Assembly (NCBI RefSeq): GCF_006345805.1 | Contig: NC_043008.1 | Span: forward strand, 55,986,001 to 56,050,000 | Source: Octopus sinensis | Lineage: Eukaryota | Length of the DNA: 64,000 bases | Direction: 5' to 3' | In this document: one piece after another, positions 55,455 through 64,000 of the stretch | How positions within the stretch are numbered: the stretch's first letter is position 1 | How the letters are laid out: every line of letters starts with the position of its first letter | Position numbers and translations under genes: made by a program | Notes under the pieces: generated by a model | The model's input: the letters and a program-made list of their open reading frames with translations, nothing else | Told to the model about the DNA's origin: nothing | Database searches by the model: none

Positions 55455-55870
55455 TTTTACTTACTTACTTACTTGTATTTGTGGCGACATTCACCCTGGG
55501 CGGGTTGAGTCGGCTTCTTCTACCACCCTCGAGGCATCTCGAACCAGGGCAGTGGAAGTAGTTTCGTGGGAATATGTGGATTTCACAAGCGATCCCCAAC
55601 AATCCCGCATGTAGAGACATCCTGTTTGCCACAGATTGTCCGCAGACGCAGGGACAGAATGACCGAGGAGCCGCCGGCTGCCGAAACAGACACTCCGAGG
55701 ATTTTCACCAGAGCCCCGTCTGCCGGGTTGTGGCCCTAATACAACTCGGTGTCAGACCTATCCGCCTTGGGTGGCCCTACCAGGAACTGAAGTTCACGAC
55801 GGCATAGCTCTGACACTACCCGTTGCCAGCATCCCCACTACGGTGAGGAGAGGATGGACTTTGGGGATGC
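55455..55870 (-). mobile_element. Short CpG-rich non-autonomous RTE derivative (5'-UTR-like part fused to 3' end) with (AAGT)n tail
   Basis: Minus strand: AGAGCTATGCC..CCTGGTAGGGCCACCCAAGGCGGATAGGTC (RTE 5'-UTR-like), ending ..RVVEEADSTRPG* plus CAAGTAAGTAAGTAAGTA. Related 5'-UTR-like pieces lie at about 15660-15850 and 55940-56070. Confidence 0.55.
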
Positions 55871-56683
55871 TTTTTTAGCTCTTCATCAGTATTCTACCTT
55901 CCTCTCCCAAGTTTTGTGGATTTTCAGTTTTCTTTGCTGCTATCCTTTTTCTAGATAGGTGTGTTGACCCGACACAAACCCTCTTTTAACTCTGAGAAGA
56001 AGTGGTTCATAATAATCTGGCCTCTATCCTTTGACCTGTCCAGCACAAGGTTGGGTTGGGGGGACCCTACCAGCAAATTGTACTGCACACGCATGATAAG
56101 GACTTGTACTGCACACCATGGTAAGGACTGGACCATATAGTAGTTCTATTAATCATCATCATCGTTTAGCGTCCGCTTTCCATGCTAGCATGGGTTGGAC
56201 GGTTTGACTGGGGTCTGGGAAGCCAGGAGGCTGCACCAGGCTCTAATCAGATCTGGCAGTGCTGGATGCCCTTCCTAACGCCAACCACTCCTTGAGTGTA
56301 GTGGGTGCTTTTTATGTGCCACCAACACAGGTGCCAGGGGAGGCTGGCAATGGCCACGATCGGTTGGTGCTTTTTACGTGCCACCGGCACGGAAAATGTA
56401 GAAGTCAATCTACTGGTTCTTTCATTTCTCTCTTTTAAAAAATAATTAGGCTTCTGCTATGGAAAGATACCATTATTTTAAACCAAGCTTATAAAGCAGC
56501 CAAATTTCTTCTTATAAAAATACACAAATCAGCCTGATTGAAATTGTAAGAGCTTTATCTCTCACAGATGAGATTAATTAGTCTGAAATATCATAATTAT
56601 CAACAATTAACTCAGATATTCAGACGTTTAACTCAGATGTTATTTCTCAATTATTATTATTATTATTATTACTATTATTATTG

Positions 56684-57140
56684 GGTGAGAGAGCAGTGCA
56701 TACCATCAAAGTGACACTGGGGTAAAATATACGAAGCCCAGTATACCCATCATGACTACCCGTCCGATAAGGGTACACTAGGCACATGCATCACAACCAT
56801 ATGTGCGCGACATGGTGATCTCATATCAAGATAATTAGTGCATTGGGGCCCAATTAGAGTTTTCTTCAGGTCAAGTAGCCCATCCTGCTCAAATGGTCCT
56901 TGAATAAGGGTTGTTTAAAGATGTTGAATGAAGCATCCATGTTTCCAGAGGTGAATTATTCAAACTCCAAAGAAATTCCTCTCTGCACATGGCTATGATG
57001 CTCCCCCACTACTTCTTTTTTCATGATCAGAGATGCACATATTGTCAGCCACCAAGGGGACATGCTCAACTGGTTATGGTCAAACATCTGACAAGTAAAT
57101 CTGTGGTAGTGAGCAGAATATTTGCCAAAGCCCATTTTTT
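56684..57140 (-). mobile_element. Retroposon family E (~450 bp) with (AAT)n 3' tail
   Basis: Near-identical copies at 31164-31700 (interrupted), 47645-48095 and 48873-49325; always abuts (ATT)n at its left end, consistent with a minus-strand tail. Confidence 0.7.
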
Positions 57141-58655
57141 ATACTGAGACAAAACCCGATAATACTTCCAATCAGTTAAGATTAGAAGCCATGAGCACCT
57201 GGTATTGCATTAGGGCATATAATAAGGGTACACTAGGAACATGCATCACAACCATATGTGTCTGACATGGTGATCTCATATTGTTGTTATTGTTGTTGCT
57301 GTTGCTGTTGTTGTCAGAGTCATTAGAGCATTGGATAAAATGTTTTGTGGTATTCTTTCTGGGTCTCTGGTTTCCCTGAGTTCTGAGTTCAAATCCCACT
57401 GGAGTCAACATTGCCCTCCATCCTTTTTTTTTTTTGGCCTGTGGGGTGGGTGAGGCCGGGGTGCAGGGGTTGATAAATAAAGCAGTAGTCTAGTACTGTT
57501 GCTGATTTCTTCTCTCTCTCTCTCATTTTTATAAGTGTCTATGCTGCCCTTTCGGAGTGTCATAAGGGACCACTCACAGTGCTTGTGATATCAGAAGAGA
57601 CAAGAGACCCTACTGACATAATTTTGAATTTCTGGAGAGCTTGAATGATAGCAAACAACCAAAGGAGAAGAGTTATCTGACAAAGCCTCCCACACTTCAA
57701 AATTTGGCATTTCTAGAAGATAATACTGTTTATATCACTTCCTTTACTGCAGACAGAGTTTGCTATTAATCAGACTACCTTGTCTACGGAATGTTGGTAC
57801 CCCTGCTTTCTAACTATGCCATCTTCAGGAGTGGCATTACGAGCTACGTTTTCTACCTCTACCTGCAATTACTCTTATTACTGCTGTTAGTCAGAAGCAA
57901 GTTAGTACGACATTATAACTTACCTAAACAATTAGGTAAGATAATTAGTTATTAGGTCACTCTGAGAGCTATGCTAAATTAGCAGCTAGTCTTTGTTGCT
58001 ATTAATTGCCTAATGTCTTCCTCATTCTTATTTCTTCCTTTGGCTATAATTACTATGCACCAATTAATTAATAGTGTGTTCATCTAAAGCAAGTATTTCT
58101 TTTTTCTTTATTGTTTTGGAAGCGGGTTCTGCTATTGCCCTGATATTTACATTTGTATGTTACAGACTGGGGTGTATATGTTTGAGAGAGAGGGAGGGAG
58201 AGAGAGAGGGAAGAGAGAGAGGGGAGAGAGAGAGAACCTGTACTATTGGACATATATAAATAAAAGATTGTGATATACACATGCACACACACACACACTC
58301 ACACAGACACAGACACACTCATTAGTAGTGTTGTGATAAGGGTTGAGTTACTCGTGTTTGGGTGGAGTTCCTTCCTCTCTAATAAAAGTCCTTGCCTGGA
58401 AGAAACATTATTCTCTATTTTGTCTTGCACCACAATAATAACGCCAAACCTCCACAGGGGTTCTTCTTGATGTGGTAGAAATGTCAGTCAAATCCCTCTT
58501 GGAAAGAGACCGGCAAACTCTAGTCTTAGATACAGACATACAATGGTTTCCAAAAAGACTGGGAGAACCATAACTGGATCATCTCTCATCTTAGATCTGT
58601 TAGCTGAGAGCTGATCAAGAGCTAAACAGCAACAGCAGCAACAACAGCAGCAGCA

Positions 58656-59034
58656 GTGGAGGTGCAATGGCCCAGTGGTTAGGGCAGCGGACTTGCAGTC
58701 GGAGGATCATGGTTTTGATTTCCAGATCGGGCGTTGTGTGTGTTTATTGAGCGAAAACACCTAAAGCTCCACGAGGCTCTGGCAGAGGATGGTGGCGACC
58801 CCTGTTGTACTCTTTCACTCCAACTTTCTCTCACTCTTTCTTCCTGTTTCTTGTCCCCGACTTCCTACGCAACCGCTGAACCTGGATGCGCATTCATCCA
58901 TCCGTCGATGCTCTCGGTGTCGGGGGTTGACCTGCTTTCTCTTCTGCGGGTCTTACGAATAGCAAAGAACCACGTTTCGGACTTGTCCCACTACACTCTG
59001 GGACGAAGATTGCTTCGCTCAACAAACAAAAAAA
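58656..59034 (+). mobile_element. tRNA-derived SINE family H, 3' module type 3
   Basis: Second copy of the 52716-53088 element, sitting in a (CAG)n tract. Confidence 0.85.
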
Positions 59035-61393
59035 CTGCAGCAACAGGGGTTTTTTTTTCCTTAGGCTATAGTAGAAGACACTTGCTCAAGGTGCCATGCT
59101 GTGGAACTGAACCCAGAACCCTGTGGTTGGGAAGCAGTCTTCTTACCACACAGCTATGGTTCTGGGTTCAGTTCTTGATCAGCTCTTCTTTTTTTTTTTT
59201 TCTAGCCTGGTATTTAGTCTATTGGGCTCTTTTGCTGAACCGCTAAGTTTTAGGGATGTAAAGACATCAGCGACGATGGATGATAATGTAGATACAACAT
59301 ACACACACACACACACACTCACACACACACAGATATATATATGATGGGCTTCTTTCAGTTTCCTTCTACTTAATCCACTAACAAAAGCCTTGGTTGAAGA
59401 CACAAGGTGCCATGCTGTGGGATTGAACCCAGAACCATATGGTTGGGAAGCAGTCTTCTTACCACACAGCCATGCCTAATCATACTTCATTGCACAACTT
59501 TGAGATTTCAATGATGTGATTGTTGTTTTATACAATGATGTTGTAGGGTAGATATGAGAGGCCAGATGTAGCCATAAAACAGGTAGAACAATTTTGGCTG
59601 GATATGGCCGGTTTAAATGCTAAATGGTTAAGGGGCTAACCAATACCATTGTTTGGCCAAAGGCAGTGAGCTGGCAGAATCATTAGCATGCTGGGCAAAA
59701 AGCTTCATGGTATGTCATCTGTCTTTATGCTCCTGAGTTCAAATTCTGCCAAAGTCACCTTTGGATTTTTCCTTTTGGGGCTGATAAAATAAGTACCAGT
59801 TGAGCACTGGGGGTCATGTAATTGACTAGCCACCTTCCCAGAAATTGCTGGCCTTGTGCCAAAATTTGGAGCCAACATTATTGTTTGGCTGAGCAAGTAA
59901 GGGAGATAATTACAAATGTTTGTCTCATCAAGCTTTCTAGTTAAATTCTCATATTTTCCCTAATCAATGCACATTTTACACTACAGTAATTATTTCTATT
60001 GTTGAACACATTGAAATTAACGAAACCCTTTTTTTGATTAGTCAAACATGTGAACAACCCCTCTTTATAATTTAATTATTAATTAGTAATAAGATTTAAC
60101 ACTCTTTTAGAAACGGATGCTTATTATTCTACGCTGTCAGTTTATATAATTCCTAAAAGCATTACCTGGAACTAATCTCTTTTGATTTTGTTGGTTTAAG
60201 TTCTTTTAGTAATGGAAATCTTAAAAGCAAAAAAAAACAAAAAAACATGGAGTCTCCATTATACTCCATTTAAGTTTGGTTTAATGATTCTGTTAAGCCC
60301 TCCCCTACACGTACATGTGTAAGAAATACTGCTTGTAATAAAAGGCTGCTGCTATTTCAGGAATCATATCACAAAGAAACTCGGTAATATTCTTAAATAA
60401 ATAAATATGTCAAGATTTCAGAATTTGTGCCTTCCTGTCTGCCAGAGTTGAAGAGGTTTATTTGAGATTTGAGTTCCACCTTGGCGCAGAAACTATAAAC
60501 TGACAGCTGCTGTATTAATTTAGGTTTTGTAATAAGCCATGCTTCTTGAAGTGTTAGCAGTCTTGGGCTGATCTATGTCACCACATCAGTTCCGCTTGGC
60601 CATATTCTAGTAACCTTAGATGTTGCTCTGTTGACTTTCTGAAGAGCACGTAACATATTTTCAATGTATTTCAAAGCCATTTTTGTTATAGTTATGTCTT
60701 ATTAAGTGGTAGGTCTGTCATCTACTTGTTTGAAATTACGAAATTTGTTTTGGATTATTTTAATTAGGAAATCAAAAGTGCTGAGATTTAAATGGCAATA
60801 TGTTTCTTGTTTTGGAATAGTGGATCTCAAAGCGCATAAAGCTATAAATAATAGCATTTTGTTTTTCTTTTTCATGTTCCAGTCATTTGACTGTGGCCAT
60901 GCTGGAACACTGCCTTGAGGGCTTTTAGTTGAACAAATCGACCCCAGGACTTATTTTTTAAGCCTAGTACTTATTCTGTTGGTCTTTTCTGATGAACTGT
61001 TAAGTTGCGGGGATGTAAACACCAAAAGCTATTGTCAAGCAGTGAGGGGGTGGGGCACAAACACAGACACATTACCATATCCACTCTCAATTTGGTATGG
61101 TGGTGATGCTCTTTGCAACTGTCACATGATATCGACACACACATACATGAAGGGCTTCTTTCAGTTTCCGTTTATCAAATATATGTACAAGGCTTTGGTT
61201 GGCAGGGGGCTATCGCAGAAACACATGCACCAAGGTGCCATGCAGTGGGATTGAATCCAAGACCACATGGCTGGCAAGCAAGCTTCCTAACCACACAGCC
61301 ACGCCTGTGTCTCTGGAGACATGAATCCTATTTAAATCTACGAACACCTTTAAAATGCCTGAAGTCACCACCACCACCACCACCACCACCACC

Positions 61394-61427
<34 letters not shown>

Positions 61428-61760
61428 TTTAATATCTGTTTTCCATGCTGGCATGGGCTGGATGGTTTGACAGGAGCTGGCAAGCCAGAGAGCTGCCTGG
61501 GCTTCATGTCAGTTTTGACATAGTTTCTATAGCCAGATGCCCTTCCTAATACCAACCATTTTACAAAGTGTACAGAATGCTTTTACATAGCACCAGCATG
61601 GGTGCTTTTGTGTTGGCACCAGCACAGGTGCTTTCTACATGGCACCAGTACTCACAAGTCTGCAAGATTAGGAAAGCTCAGCTGAAGAGGGATACAGGGG
61701 ACACCCCTCTTCAGCTGAGCATTCCTAATCTCATTTGTATTTCTAATGGTAAATGCTAAA

Positions 61761-62233
61761 TCAATATCTATAAAGCTGAAATGCGAAAAAGTTATTTGAT
61801 TTCTTGGTTATTTGTCTCATTTTGGGATGGGAACTGTTTAAGGGGTGGTAGATGGGGTCGGATTGGCGTCAAAATTTACACGGGGTGGGGGGTAAAATAG
61901 GGTGGGCAATGGTGTGAGGAGGGTTGCAAGTCGCTCGGGGCTACTGTATGGTTGCCATGGTGAAGAATATGGGAAAAATTGAGTTTAACGGGATAGACAG
62001 GTTGCGCTGTTTGAATAATGGTGGCTTTTCGTGTTGCTGCAGGGGCTAGAGGCAGTTATCTTTAATTGTGGGTGTAAAAAATTGGGGGATTTTGGAAAGG
62101 GGGGGGTAAAGAAGAGGGCAATAAAAAGAACCAGGCAAAGAAGACGAATAAAAGTAGAAAAGGAAAAGGAAACAACACGCACAAAACACCACCACCACCG
62201 AAACCCGAGCGAAGCACGGGTCAAAATAGCTAG
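61761..62233 (+). mobile_element. Non-autonomous Helitron
   Basis: A|TC 5' end (TCAATATCTATAAAGCTGAA), 3' hairpin CCCGAGCGAAGCACGGG at 62204-62220 and CTAG|T terminus; no TSD. The 3' end is clearer than the 5' end. Confidence 0.75.
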
Positions 62234-62338
62234 TCTGTGTATATAAAATCCAATTGTACCAATGCCATTTTGTTGTTCTTGTTCTTTCCTCCATTCACAT
62301 GTAATCTCATTGTCTTTTTCCTTCTTTTATTGTTGCAG

Positions 62339-62439
62339 AGTAACTGTTATACTGTTGATGGTGTCGATGAAGAGCATGAATTTGCCCGTTTAAAGCAGTC
62401 TATGGAAATGGTTGGTTTTTCTACTGAAAGACAGCACAG
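62339..62439 (+). CDS. MYO9: Myosin IX exon D (SNCYTVDGVDEEHEFARLKQSMEMVGFSTERQH(R))
   Basis: Long polypyrimidine tract plus GCAG acceptor, AG|GTTAGA donor, 101 nt, phase 0 to 2. Resembles MYO9A/B 'HDFERL..AMEMVGF'. The gene continues beyond both ends of the window. Confidence 0.92.
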
Positions 62440-62589
62440 GTTAGAACGGACTCAATGTGTTTGTTGTATTTTATCTTCCAGCACTTCTTGACCCATGAGC
62501 ACCTGTATTGAGTTCACTCTGTTAGAAGCATTCAGACCAAGTGAGGGTAACCAATGAATCAAAGATCACGAGCATTGTCCTCTCATATT

Positions 62590-63045
62590 CTTTTCCCACA
62601 GCATATAACTGGCAATGTTCCCACAGCCTATAGTTTATAACTAGCTATGATCTGTGCAGCATATAATCAGTGTCAATGTTTCTACAGCATACACCTAGCA
62701 ATGTACCTGCAACATATAACAGGCAATTTCCTATGGCACATAACTACGTGTTCCTACAGTACATAATTAGCAATGCTCCCACAATATGTAATCAGCAATG
62801 TTCCCACAGCCCATAAACCAGTGATGTTCCCACAGCATATAACTTGGAATACTTCCACAGTATGTAGCTTGTAAATGATATGCACTCCATATGACTCAAT
62901 GTTCCTACAGTATATAACTGTTTATGTTCCCACAGTGTATAAGTAGCAATGTATTTACAGCATATAACAGGCAAAGTTTCCATGGTCTATAGCTAACAAT
63001 GTTCCCACAACATATAACCAACAATTTTCCCACAGCATATATCTG
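62590..63045. repeat. Degenerate ~24-25-bp minisatellite
   Basis: Consensus about CAATGTTCCCACAGCATATAACTAG; roughly 15-18 units. Confidence 0.85.
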
Positions 63046-63783
63046 GCCCAAATATTCTACCTGTTTTATGTTCATACTAGTTAGAACTTGCCTCTCACAC
63101 CTCCCCTACAATGTCATTCCCAAAACAAATAATCCCATCATTGAAGTCTCAAAGCTACAAAATAACGCAGGATTAATTCAAAATGATGTGACTAAATAAG
63201 CATTGGATTTGATAAAGTAATCTGAATACAAAAGAGTTAATCCCCAACTTGGACAGCAGTCTTTGGCTGCCCTTTGGTCAGTGGTGGCCCTCATTTTTAT
63301 ATATCTAAAACCACACTGCCCAGTGTCTCCAAATCTTAAGCAAGGGTGTGGTTTTAGGGAAGTTTGGCTGCTATTTCTAGCAGATTGAGTGTGACTGTGT
63401 CAGAAGTTGCTTATTGTCTTGACTAGCCTTCATTGTTATATCAAAGTTCTATGGTCTTTCTAATCAACACAACACTATTCATTATACATAATTGCTTAAA
63501 TTGATGCTTAATTTCTAAATCACATTAAAGAAAGCTTTAATTAGCATTTATCCCATTATTTATTCGTTTGTTTATTTATTTACTTTTTCCTGTTACACAG
63601 CTAATGGTGAAACATTGAGGTTATAAATATATTTGTATATATGATGATGATATATATATATATATGTGTATATGATGATGATATATATATATATATGTGT
63701 ATTATATATATAATATATATATATATTATATATATATATATCTATATATATATGCATATATACATATATATATGTATATGTAC

Positions 63784-63857
<74 letters not shown>

Positions 63858-63931
63858 TATATATATATGTATATATATATTATATATATGTATATATTAT
63901 GTATATATATATATGTATATATTTATGTGTA

Positions 63932-63980
<49 letters not shown>

Positions 63981-64000
63981 TATATATGTATATATTTATG

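Noticed and set aside
55875-55895. CTGATGAAGAGC on the minus strand as a hammerhead start
   Set aside because: No complementary stem II strand or GAAA follows.

Overview
Eukaryotic, AT-rich, extremely repeat- and microsatellite-dense genomic DNA, most likely from an octopus or other coleoid cephalopod (inferred from SINE content, not proven). The only host coding sequence is four small + strand exons (359 nt in total: 15159-15253, 45284-45346, 53607-53706, 62339-62439). They splice in frame into part of a class IX myosin motor domain (switch-1 region), separated by introns of 30.0, 8.3 and 8.6 kb. The rest is intronic: several tRNA-derived SINE families with interchangeable 3' modules, 3' or internal fragments of RTE, BovB-like, R4/Dong-like and CR1/L2 LINEs, a dead DD37D (maT) Tc1/mariner, hAT, piggyBac and mariner MITEs, and a non-autonomous Helitron. 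The most unusual signal is a set of minimal type-I hammerhead-ribozyme-like motifs in at least four unrelated short repeats, one of them behind a tRNA-like head. Long palindromes and tandem duplications next to microsatellites may be real or long-read assembly artefacts. Nearly all ORFs in the supplied track are microsatellite translations. No databases were searched; family assignments rest on motifs recognised by eye and many repeat boundaries are approximate.
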